Origin: a virus
Direction: 5' to 3' (one strand)
Virus record (IMG/VR): IMGVR_UViG_3300028840_005768
Span: 987-64,986 of that record
Length of the DNA stretch: 64,000 bases
A program made the translations under genes and the position numbers. The notes under the pieces were generated by a model. The model did no database searches. It was not told the origin of the DNA and worked only from the letters and a program-made list of their open reading frames with translations. Positions 54,060 to 62,221 of this stretch are shown here, in pieces. Each line of letters opens with the position of its first letter. Position 1 is the stretch's first letter.

Positions 54060-54250
54060 AGGTGGACCAAACAGAACAGCAGTCCACCCTGCATCACTCA
54101 GCCGCGGCTAAGCAACATGCCTGCGTCCAGACATCCGGGTTGCCAGTTCCTAATCAGCCCTGACGACGGTTTGGTCTCCGGGCCTTTCGCCATAATCATC
54201 CGGCCACTTCCCCACTGGCAGGCGTGTACCGGGCCCTAGCCTACACCGTA
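54060..54250 (-). ncRNA. candidate structured non-coding RNA
   Basis: intergenic; nested or adjacent stems TGCCAGT/ACTGGCA, GCCTGC/GCAGGC, CCGGA/TCTGG, TTAGCC/GGCTGA, GGTGGAC/GTCCACC. Confidence 0.35.
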
Positions 54251-54256
54251 ACTCGA

Positions 54257-54397
54257 CTAGGGGCTTCCTCCGCCGATCAACTGAAGGATCATCTGCGTCA
54301 CCTGGTCCGCATAGACACCACCACTCGCCAGTGCCACTGCGGCCAGCAGGATGACGTAGGTCCACTTGTTCTTCAGAAGCTTCTTCGCAGTTTCCAT
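54257..54397 (-). CDS. 46-aa single-TM peptide (METAKKLLKNKWTYVILLAAVALASGGVYADQVTQMILQLIGGGSP)
   Basis: read by hand; GAGGAG SD. Confidence 0.6.
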   Translation of the reverse strand: METAKKLLKNKWTYVILLAAVALASGGVYADQVTQMILQLIGGGSP

Positions 54398-54484
54398 AGG
54401 CTCCTCATCGGGTTAGAGATAGAGTTACCCCTTGGGGTCCCCTTCACCTGAACGGTTGAGGCCGAGGCACACCTACCCCAAGTT

Positions 54485-54518
54485 CCCTCGGTCAGAATCG
54501 ACCCTCGGTCAGAATCGA
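54485..54518. repeat. 17-bp tandem duplication CCCTCGGTCAGAATCGA x2
   Basis: direct reading; immediately next to class-3 motif copy B. Confidence 0.85.
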
Positions 54519-54519
54519 T

Positions 54520-54564
54520 TCGGGTAACATCTTAGTATCTCCGAAACAACGCCCAAACGGTTGG
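54520..54564 (-). promoter_or_regulatory. class-3 motif copy B
   Basis: 25/26 identity to 19359-19384 plus CGGTTGG at the same 12-nt offset. Confidence 0.7.
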
Positions 54565-54571
54565 CGCCTTT

Positions 54572-55294
54572 TCAGCGAGCCCGCCGTTTTCCGGCATCTT
54601 TCTCGTCGACTTTCTCGACGGTCGGCTCCTTCGGGTTGATGAAGTCCTGAACCTGCTTGACGATCACAGCAGGCATCGGGAGCTGCTGGAACGGCGTAGA
54701 GCACTTGATGACCACCGGAGCATGCCAGGAGAACTTCTTCTTGATATACTTGACCCGCAACGTGACCGGCAGGGGACCATGCGGGTCCACACCATCAAGA
54801 CCGCGGGCTTCAATGTCGCCCGGCGTCAGCGGGAGGAAGGGGTAAATCTTCTTCGCCTCGCTCCGCGTCGACTTCGTCCCGCAGAAGTACTCCAAGAAGC
54901 GACCGGTCGACCGCTCGATAACCAGGAAGCTCGGACCATACATGCAGCCGCTGTCCTTCCCTTGAGCGGCAGCCATGATCCGCTTGAACTCATCGGACTC
55001 CATATCGTAGGCCGCGATCACAGCATCCCGGTCATTCATGTCCAAAGCCTTCGGCCGGCGTGCCAACGGCAGGACGTCAATTGACTCACCCAGATCGGTG
55101 ATGTCTTCAGCAGACTCAGGAATCCCCCAATGACCAGGTGCAATCAACTGCTGATCCACAGCAGAGCCCTTCGAATAGAGCTGCAACCGTGCCAAGAAAT
55201 CGCCGCCCTTGGCCAGATCGGCAAAGGCATCGTCCGAACCAAGCTGTGTCGAAGGAAGTTGTGACAGATCGACCGGGACCAATTCGTTACTCAT
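54572..55294 (-). CDS. conserved phage replication-module protein (possible ssDNA-binding protein)
   Basis: ORF track; GAGGT SD; position in replication module. Confidence 0.5.
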   Translation of the reverse strand: MSNELVPVDLSQLPSTQLGSDDAFADLAKGGDFLARLQLYSKGSAVDQQLIAPGHWGIPESAEDITDLGESIDVLPLARRPKALDMNDRDAVIAAYDMESDEFKRIMAAAQGKDSGCMYGPSFLVIERSTGRFLEYFCGTKSTRSEAKKIYPFLPLTPGDIEARGLDGVDPHGPLPVTLRVKYIKKKFSWHAPVVIKCSTPFQQLPMPAVIVKQVQDFINPKEPTVEKVDEKDAGKRRAR

Positions 55295-55365
55295 GTGTTG
55301 TGAACCTCATTTGAAATCAGACAGAAGAAACAGGACAGAGCACTCTCAGACAGACATCACTTCAT

Positions 55366-56253
55366 TCACACACCTCCTCTTTGCGACCAGCGTTTACGGG
55401 CTCTCCCTCGAACGGCTTCCTCTTGCTCTCTCACGCTGTTTTCATCAAGATGCATTGCCCACTTCAACGCCGCCATCCAACCGTCTAACGGTGTCTGGCA
55501 GCCTTCCGCCGAAAGAATCAGCGGTCCTTCGCATGGGCGTTGAACTTCAGCTTCAACCGCTTTCACCGGACGCAAATACGCTTGTGGCTGAAATTCCTCA
55601 GTGAAGATTGCATCCAACCGTCCCTGTCGCACCGCTTCGCGATATTGCTTAATGAACGCTGCGACTAATGCCTTGAAGTCCTTTGACGGCATTGTCTTGG
55701 CACGTTGGACATAATCCCCTCGGAAACGGGTTGGCAGCTTGCTCAGCATGTAACCATTGCTCAAGCAAATCTCACCACGGTCAATCGCCTTCTGAGTCCG
55801 CGGATCAAGTTTCAGTAACCCCAATTGATGCTGGATCCACTGCGGGCTCTTGCTGACCATCACCGCCAGTTCTGCCAAGGTCATATCCGACTTGGTTTTC
55901 TGGATGCGCTGCAGTTGTTTGGCAAACTCGCAAGGCTTCGTATCCGGCCGAATAGCGTTTGCCTGAATCTGTAGCGCAAGCACATCATCATCACTGATGC
56001 CGTGCTTGATGATGGTCGGGATACTTGGCAATCCCAATTCCTTGGCGCACGTCCAGCGCCACATGCCATCAATGACTTCGTACGATTCAAGCCGCCGGGG
56101 GCTCGGGCGAGCAGCAATTGAATTGAGGAATCCTTTGGCCTCAATCGAGTCGCGCATCTCCAGATACACGACGGAATCTCGAAGAACCGGCCTCAGAAGA
56201 ACCCAGGGTTCAGTGAGTTGGTCGATAGGTAGATCGCGAAATTGATCATCCAT
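55366..56253 (-). CDS. second ParB/Spo0J-like protein
   Basis: M.DSI...G.L..I..R, EVIDG..R, ANA.R, HTH TLAELA..V.KS..WI; GGAG SD before MDDQF. Confidence 0.85.
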   Translation of the reverse strand: MDDQFRDLPIDQLTEPWVLLRPVLRDSVVYLEMRDSIEAKGFLNSIAARPSPRRLESYEVIDGMWRWTCAKELGLPSIPTIIKHGISDDDVLALQIQANAIRPDTKPCEFAKQLQRIQKTKSDMTLAELAVMVSKSPQWIQHQLGLLKLDPRTQKAIDRGEICLSNGYMLSKLPTRFRGDYVQRAKTMPSKDFKALVAAFIKQYREAVRQGRLDAIFTEEFQPQAYLRPVKAVEAEVQRPCEGPLILSAEGCQTPLDGWMAALKWAMHLDENSVREQEEAVRGRARKRWSQRGGV

Positions 56254-56291
56254 CTCACCGCCGGAGAAGAGATTTGCCTGCTCGATACACA

Positions 56292-56323
56292 CATACTATA
56301 GGCGAATCGGTAGATTTTACGCC
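56292..56323 (-). promoter_or_regulatory. class-2 promoter GGCGTAAAA-N11-GCCTATAGTATG (copy 1)
   Basis: identical flanks at 62126-62157. Confidence 0.75.
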
Positions 56324-56348
56324 AAACAACGGGGATTTCTTTTAGGGC

Positions 56349-56777
56349 CTATTCAACAGGGACGCGCTGCTCACAGGAGTCGCACTTCTCGCTTGTAACC
56401 ATCTTCTGTGACCTCATACAGAAGGCGATCACATCGATGCATTGGCAGCTCTCATGGAGAACGGTTGAATGCATCCGCAACGCGCATGGTGTCCAGACCG
56501 GGCGGAAGAGCCATGAGTTCTCGCCATCCAGCACGTATCCATCAATCGGCCGGGGTGGCTCCCAGTCATCTGGTCCCCTCTGGTATTCAATCGAACCATC
56601 ATCGTGAAAGGTTACGCGCCCATACCCTGGAGGCAAGGTGAACCGCATCATGGCGAGATGGTTCTCGTGGCTCCCGCCGGAGTAAACGACCCAGCCAGGA
56701 CCGTTTGGCCTGGGGCCTGATTCTGCCGTGGGTTGAGATATCGTGGCAGGATGCTGTAGGCAGTCTTTGCATGTCAT
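56349..56777 (-). CDS. Cys-rich hypothetical protein
   Basis: ORF track. Confidence 0.55.
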   Translation of the reverse strand: MTCKDCLQHPATISQPTAESGPRPNGPGWVVYSGGSHENHLAMMRFTLPPGYGRVTFHDDGSIEYQRGPDDWEPPRPIDGYVLDGENSWLFRPVWTPCALRMHSTVLHESCQCIDVIAFCMRSQKMVTSEKCDSCEQRVPVE

Positions 56778-57430
56778 GAGTCAATCTCCCGGCAGCTCTG
56801 ACAGCGTTGACCTTGAATCTCGCCATGTTGCTTACACTGATAAGTAATCTGAGCTGCGCCGCAGGCTGAGTAAGTGATGTTGCGTATTCGTTGATCACAG
56901 ACAGGGAGAATGGGGATGAAGACCCATGCATCCGGGCTTTGCAGATTCTGAGATTTGCGTTGGTATCCATCAGGTACCGGCGGCGGTTCCCAACCTCGCT
57001 TTGGAAAAGCAATGACTCCATCATCAAGGAGGCGGGGTCGAGCGTGAGTTGTTGGTGGGTTCACAGTTCGCATCTCTACGGTCGTGGAGCCATCACGCAC
57101 AGAACATTGAGCGCACGTCTCTGGCTCGACTCGTTTCTTGTAGGAAGCCGCCCGCTCATTGTGGCAAATGAAGATAATCGTGTGTCCACCTTTGCGGGCC
57201 TCCAGCCGTCGTGCGCAAGGAAGAATCTCGATCTCATTCATTTGGCGTACAACAGTCAGCAAAAGTTGTACTGATTCGGATGATCCAATCACATGATCCC
57301 CAATCGGCAATCCTTGCTTCTGCCCTGGCAATGGCTGCTTCGCAGTAGTTGTCGCATGAAGAGCAGTGGACATGGGCTCCCCAGTAGGGATAAAACATAT
57401 CGTCGCCCGTGTAGATGATGGTTCCTTCAC
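56774..57430 (-). CDS. Cys-rich hypothetical protein, paralog-like to 56349..56777 (G.I.F...WEPP...GY..W.F.P..P.C)
   Basis: shared motif between adjacent ORFs; start uncertain. Confidence 0.55.
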   Translation of the reverse strand: MKEPSSTRATICFIPTGEPMSTALHATTTAKQPLPGQKQGLPIGDHVIGSSESVQLLLTVVRQMNEIEILPCARRLEARKGGHTIIFICHNERAASYKKRVEPETCAQCSVRDGSTTVEMRTVNPPTTHARPRLLDDGVIAFPKRGWEPPPVPDGYQRKSQNLQSPDAWVFIPILPVCDQRIRNITYSACGAAQITYQCKQHGEIQGQRCQSCREIDS

Positions 57431-57956
57431 AGGAAATCAGACCGCTGGCCTTGACATAGGAATTGGGCGAGTAGTTTTCGACAGGCAATCGAACCAGACT
57501 CCACCGACGATCCTCGACACCGGGTTTCCCGATTTCCATTCCGTGGATCATGTCGGCCAGGGGGATTGGATCCGGGCTTTGACGTCCGAAGCAATTGGAG
57601 TAGACAATAGCTGGGTAGCTGGCCAATTCGATCTCGACCCCATCTTCCTCATGGAGGAACTCCTCGTCGCAACAGTTGCACCAGGCCTCCGACATGGCCG
57701 CTTCGATCTGATCGATGGGGCCGGGCGCCCAGAGCCTCAGTTCTTCACTGAAGCTGATGTCGGGGCAGGTCTCGATCAGTTTGTCGCGCACGGCTTGGAT
57801 ATCATCGACTGACCATCGATGTGGATCGGACACCTCGTCGAGAGGGTCAATGGGGTCACAGCCATCATCAGGATTCTGGAGGATGTCATTGACATCCCGG
57901 ATCAGCTGATTCCAGTCGTCGATAGAGAACGGACGATTGAGGTCGTAGTATGCCAT
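57234..57956 (-). CDS. hypothetical protein (possibly virion-associated)
   Basis: ORF track; acidic, Cys-containing. Confidence 0.55.
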   Translation of the reverse strand: MAYYDLNRPFSIDDWNQLIRDVNDILQNPDDGCDPIDPLDEVSDPHRWSVDDIQAVRDKLIETCPDISFSEELRLWAPGPIDQIEAAMSEAWCNCCDEEFLHEEDGVEIELASYPAIVYSNCFGRQSPDPIPLADMIHGMEIGKPGVEDRRWSLVRLPVENYSPNSYVKASGLISCEGTIIYTGDDMFYPYWGAHVHCSSCDNYCEAAIARAEARIADWGSCDWIIRISTTFADCCTPNE

Positions 57957-57958
57957 GA

Positions 57959-58573
57959 TTACAGGTCGTACTTGATCAAGGCACGATACACCTCCGCTTC
58001 AGCCATGGCGTCGTGGAGCGCGTCGTGCGGTTTGTCGTTGGTGATCCCGAGCTTCTTGCAGAGCGCCCCCAAGCCGACTCGCGGGAAGGGGATCTTCTCG
58101 CTGGCGAAGAGTGCCCTGTCGTTGAGCGCAAGGGCATATCGCATGCCGTCTCTTGCATGCCCGTGGAAGAGATGCTCGAAGAGATCGTCGCCCAACCAGG
58201 CCCGGCCGAAAGACCGTTCGAATTCCCAGTTGTGGGCGAGCGGCATGAGCTTCTTTGCTTGGGGCAGATCGATCTGCTCAAACCATTCGATGAGGAGATC
58301 CGAGACCCGCATGGCGGAGGGAGCATTGAGCATCAAGTCTTCGAGGTTGAGCCCATGCACCTGTTGAGCACCATGGGCGGCTCGCTCAGGATGCTCGGGC
58401 GCCACGTTATGGTAGAAGACAGGCAGCTCTGGGTGCGGCCTCAAGTCGGAATTCAGCGGGACGAGGGCCACTTGGATGATCTCGTGCCAACCAGCACGGA
58501 GGCCAGTTGTCTCAAAATCGATGGAGACCAGGAGGTGACCATTGAGATGCATCATGCCGGGATGGGTTTTCAT
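57959..58573 (-). CDS. DnaQ-like DEDDh 3'-5' exonuclease
   Basis: SIDFETTG, LAHNW.FE, L..L...LGI...PHDALHDA. Confidence 0.9.
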   Translation of the reverse strand: MKTHPGMMHLNGHLLVSIDFETTGLRAGWHEIIQVALVPLNSDLRPHPELPVFYHNVAPEHPERAAHGAQQVHGLNLEDLMLNAPSAMRVSDLLIEWFEQIDLPQAKKLMPLAHNWEFERSFGRAWLGDDLFEHLFHGHARDGMRYALALNDRALFASEKIPFPRVGLGALCKKLGITNDKPHDALHDAMAEAEVYRALIKYDL

Positions 58574-59295
58574 GCGGCATTCTCCGTAGAGGTGAGGCCG
58601 GCTTGAGCAAAGATACGCTGGATGGCTGCTTTGTCAGGTAGCTCCTGAACTGCTAGAGCGGCTTGAATTTCGACCGGCTCACGCTGCAGGAGATGCAAAC
58701 CTTGACCTTGCACAATATGCTGAGCGTACTGATCAGCCCATTGCTTGAGATTCTCGATCCCGTCAACCCCTTCGGGTCGATCGCCGATCACGTTATCCCA
58801 GCTGGTGCAATGGATGAGCGCCAAGTCGGCGACAGTCATCTTAGGCCCATAGCCATTGCGCACAATCTTGATCAGGTGGCCACCGACCTGGTGAATGGCT
58901 TCCATCTCGTTGGGAAAGCGCACATCAGAAATCACCATGACATCAAGATCAAAGTCTGTCTTCAGCAGGTAGTCCACCCAGGTCCCACTGTAGACTTGGT
59001 TGCGCACCGCTTTCGTGCCGAAATCGACCCACACTTCAACGGGTGTCTTACCAAGGACTGGCAGCACAACATCACGTTCGTGCTCATGGGCAGGATCATT
59101 GTAGTAGGCCTCATTTCCTAGCCCAGCCCAACCATAGAGTTCATGTGTGATCTCTTTGAGCTTCGTAGCAAAGCTCTTTCGTGCAACCCTGAGTTCAGGG
59201 TTAAATCGGTAGAGACTTTGCAGAAGCGCATTGGCGAAGGTGTCCTTGCCAGTCCGCGAATAGTGGCCTAGTCCAATGATGATGGGTTGACTCAT
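58570..59295 (-). CDS. deoxynucleoside monophosphate kinase
   Basis: IIGL.....GKDT.A, FA..LK, R..W..GT..R..W, ISDVRF.NE. Confidence 0.88.
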   Translation of the reverse strand: MSQPIIIGLGHYSRTGKDTFANALLQSLYRFNPELRVARKSFATKLKEITHELYGWAGLGNEAYYNDPAHEHERDVVLPVLGKTPVEVWVDFGTKAVRNQVYSGTWVDYLLKTDFDLDVMVISDVRFPNEMEAIHQVGGHLIKIVRNGYGPKMTVADLALIHCTSWDNVIGDRPEGVDGIENLKQWADQYAQHIVQGQGLHLLQREPVEIQAALAVQELPDKAAIQRIFAQAGLTSTENAA

Positions 59296-59344
59296 GCAGT
59301 GTGCCTTTCAAAGGTCAAAGGTGTCGTAACATCAGGGCACAAGA

Positions 59345-62065
59345 TCAGGGCTCTTCTTGGCGTAGTCTCCCGTCGATGCAGATATAGGGTATGGCCCTTT
59401 TCGAGACAGTGACCGGTTCCAAAGAGATGTTGCCAATGAACTTCTTATTGTCGGTACCTGCCCCTGACGGTAAATCAGAAGGCAGTTCTCGGGAGACTTT
59501 GATCTTACTCCACCGACTCTTCTCGTCATTATCGAGCCACCTATGAAAGCGTTCGAAGAATTCGGTGAAAAGGACCTTATGCCCCGGTGCCAAATGACAC
59601 TCGTCACGAAGGAATATCTCAAGAGCTGACCGACTCAAATCTTCCGATCGTTTCTTCTTGTGTGTATCCACCACGGGTAACCGTAATCGACCGTGAACTT
59701 GCGGCAACTCCATGTTCATGAGGGTGTACATGAAGTGAGGCGCCTCCTCCTCAAGACGTGCTGTTAGGATTGACTTCGGAATATCTTCGATGAGGTCAGG
59801 TACCTCAACGACAGTGATTCGTGTATCCCCTGGGAATATGGGGCAGGCACCTTGCTCATTTGCACACATGATGAAGTGCAAACTGTTAGGTTGCTTGTAG
59901 GCATCCGTTCGCATGCGCCGGATCCAAATATCGCGGCTTGTTACCCAATCCTTGATGCGGTTGTATGCTTGCGGGTCCTGAGAAATTGTCTTCTCTTCAA
60001 TGACGGCGAGGACACCGTTAGCCAATTCGCCATTGAAGTCATTGTTGTTTGTGAGGGCTCGATCAGCGCGAACAACACCCCCAGTCACCAGGAGACTGAT
60101 TGCCTCGTGCAGGATCGATTTCCCGCAATTCTGAGAGCCGAAGAGAAAAAGGAAAGGCAATGGTTCGAATGGATCACGTAGGCAGCATGCAATCCAGGCT
60201 AAACCATACTGTGCGCCAGTACGGATGTTCGCCTTTTGTGCCCATTCCAGATCCTTCAGCGCGTTCGTCAAGTCACAGAAGCAATGCTGGAGGATACGAT
60301 CCCAATGCGGATGCTTTACGTTTGCTTCGTCCAACTGTTGTGGCGGTTTATGGCGAAACTGCGGACTGTTGAAATTCCATCGCCGGCCACCAGGTTCTTC
60401 AGATTGAAAAGGCATGCTGACAAGTTCCCACGGTTTACCGACGCAATCGCCGAGGATCATTTCTGCTTCGGTTTTCGGGTGCCCACACTGTTGCAACCAG
60501 TTCTTACATTCGGTAAGCCCGCACCGAGTCCATGGCCCCTTGCTCGAACGAATGAACCATCCAGCCAAGTCTCCTGTCGTAGTGACCAAACGACGGAGAT
60601 CATTGTCATATTCAGCGGCTCCCTGCGTATCTTCTGTCGCATCCGTGCGAATGCTAAAAACCTTTTCCCACCAACCACCGCGGATTTCCGCCCAACCAGA
60701 ATCTGGTTTTGCGTCACTATCCTCACGCTTAATACGCATGACTAACCGACCATCCTTTTGAGTTCGGACAGTGGTTTGGCGTTCAAGGAATTTGCCATCG
60801 AGGTCGATCTTTTCGCCAAGCGCTTCGGCGACCTTGAGTGCGGGTTCAGCACCTTCGAACTGAAAGCCTTTATTGTCGGCCAATTCTGCGCCGCCCATGA
60901 CGCGGGCAGCCATCTTTAGGTCCGGGTCATGGTTGAAGTAGCATGTCGTCCATCCTTCGCCGTCCTGCTCCCATGTTTCTGCTTCCGAGATGCCAGGACT
61001 GAAGCGGTAAACTTTCCAAGCTCCATCTGGCAAGGGGAACATGAAACAGTTTGGTGTTGCTGGATCTGAACCGGGTGAGTTGGTTTTGAAGAAGCCGCGA
61101 AGGGCCAACGCATCACGAGATTCATCCATCAACCTCTGCAGGGCGACGGTATGCGTTTGGACCAGGTGATGGTCTGAGACCCAGACCGTAGAGAAACCGC
61201 TACCGGCCAGCTCGTCGATGATCGCCTTGTGGGTAGCATCAAGTGGGACGTTGAGGCGCGCAGCCGCAAGGATGTCGAAAGGATCCTGGGCCTCGTCGCC
61301 GAGCCCGGGAAGTCGGACTTTATGGCGGCGACGAGTAACGACCTCGATGTGATCCTTCCAGTTGGCGGGAAGAAGCTCCGCAGTGAGAATCTGCTCCGCT
61401 GGCTTGAGAAGCTCCAACCCGCGATTGTCCAGGGTCATCTTGCGGTGCCAGATCCACATGACCCCACCGCAGCAATCGATCTGGGAGGCGAAGTCGAACC
61501 CCGTCTCTGAAGACATCATTCCCAGAATGCATCGCGCCAGGGCGGCATGCTCGGTGTGATTGGCGGTCGGAATGGCATCGAGATGCACGTAGAGGTGGAT
61601 TCCCTTCCCACCAGTCGACCGGCGCACCTCAACGTAGGGGCGCCCCTCTGCAGCTCGGCGGACTTCCTTGAGCTTCTCTTCGTCAATTCCGACACCAACG
61701 GCATGAGTGGTAAGAGCGTCAAAATCGAACCCAAGCCACCGACTGCACTGATTCTTCCAATCCCACCCTGTGGTCCCAATCCCCTCCGCGTGCTTCTCAA
61801 GGGGCCAGGAGAGCTTGTAGTCCTTGAATTCAGGTTTATCCCAGGCCTTCTTGGGGATGCGTAGATTCCACCACTGCTGAACCCCATCGGTCCAGGTAGC
61901 TCGCTTCCCAGCCACAGGTTCACCATCTCCAGCCGCCACATTGACTTGGGTCTCCAGTGCGGTCCCGTAAGCCAGGTACCGGTCCAGCAAGTCTTGCCCC
62001 GGGTGCTGCTCGCGGTGGGCGGCAAGGAAATCGACAATGGCAGCCGTCACAAGCTTCTTGGCCAT
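59345..62065 (-). CDS. AEP primase fused to C-terminal P-loop NTPase/helicase
   Basis: GFDFD, RRSTGGKGIHLY, QID (AEP); LFGSQNCGKS, IEE, I.CAN (NTPase). Confidence 0.88.
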   Translation of the reverse strand: MAKKLVTAAIVDFLAAHREQHPGQDLLDRYLAYGTALETQVNVAAGDGEPVAGKRATWTDGVQQWWNLRIPKKAWDKPEFKDYKLSWPLEKHAEGIGTTGWDWKNQCSRWLGFDFDALTTHAVGVGIDEEKLKEVRRAAEGRPYVEVRRSTGGKGIHLYVHLDAIPTANHTEHAALARCILGMMSSETGFDFASQIDCCGGVMWIWHRKMTLDNRGLELLKPAEQILTAELLPANWKDHIEVVTRRRHKVRLPGLGDEAQDPFDILAAARLNVPLDATHKAIIDELAGSGFSTVWVSDHHLVQTHTVALQRLMDESRDALALRGFFKTNSPGSDPATPNCFMFPLPDGAWKVYRFSPGISEAETWEQDGEGWTTCYFNHDPDLKMAARVMGGAELADNKGFQFEGAEPALKVAEALGEKIDLDGKFLERQTTVRTQKDGRLVMRIKREDSDAKPDSGWAEIRGGWWEKVFSIRTDATEDTQGAAEYDNDLRRLVTTTGDLAGWFIRSSKGPWTRCGLTECKNWLQQCGHPKTEAEMILGDCVGKPWELVSMPFQSEEPGGRRWNFNSPQFRHKPPQQLDEANVKHPHWDRILQHCFCDLTNALKDLEWAQKANIRTGAQYGLAWIACCLRDPFEPLPFLFLFGSQNCGKSILHEAISLLVTGGVVRADRALTNNNDFNGELANGVLAVIEEKTISQDPQAYNRIKDWVTSRDIWIRRMRTDAYKQPNSLHFIMCANEQGACPIFPGDTRITVVEVPDLIEDIPKSILTARLEEEAPHFMYTLMNMELPQVHGRLRLPVVDTHKKKRSEDLSRSALEIFLRDECHLAPGHKVLFTEFFERFHRWLDNDEKSRWSKIKVSRELPSDLPSGAGTDNKKFIGNISLEPVTVSKRAIPYICIDGRLRQEEP

Positions 62066-62125
62066 AGGTACTCCTCAGGGAATGCCAGACGCAGAAAGCG
62101 TCAGAAGAGGCATGGTCGATACGTC

Positions 62126-62157
62126 CATACTATAGGCAAGCTGGCAGGTTTTACGCC
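62126..62157 (-). promoter_or_regulatory. class-2 promoter GGCGTAAAA-N11-GCCTATAGTATG (copy 2) upstream of primase
   Basis: matches 56292-56323. Confidence 0.75.
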
Positions 62158-62175
62158 GTTCTTTTGGATTTATGA

Positions 62176-62216
62176 ACAAAACACCCGACCCGGCCCTTGA
62201 GGACGGATCGGGTGTT
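62176..62216 (-). terminator. terminator ending tail transcript
   Basis: aacacccga/tcgggtgtt stem then TTGTTC on - strand. Confidence 0.7.
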
Positions 62217-62221
62217 CTCGT

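Noticed and set aside
54100-54230. Cobalamin riboswitch (GGGAAG and GCCCGGAGACC resemble the B12 box)
   Set aside because: The GGGAA/ACTG core and the expected order of elements are missing; kept only as an unknown structured RNA.
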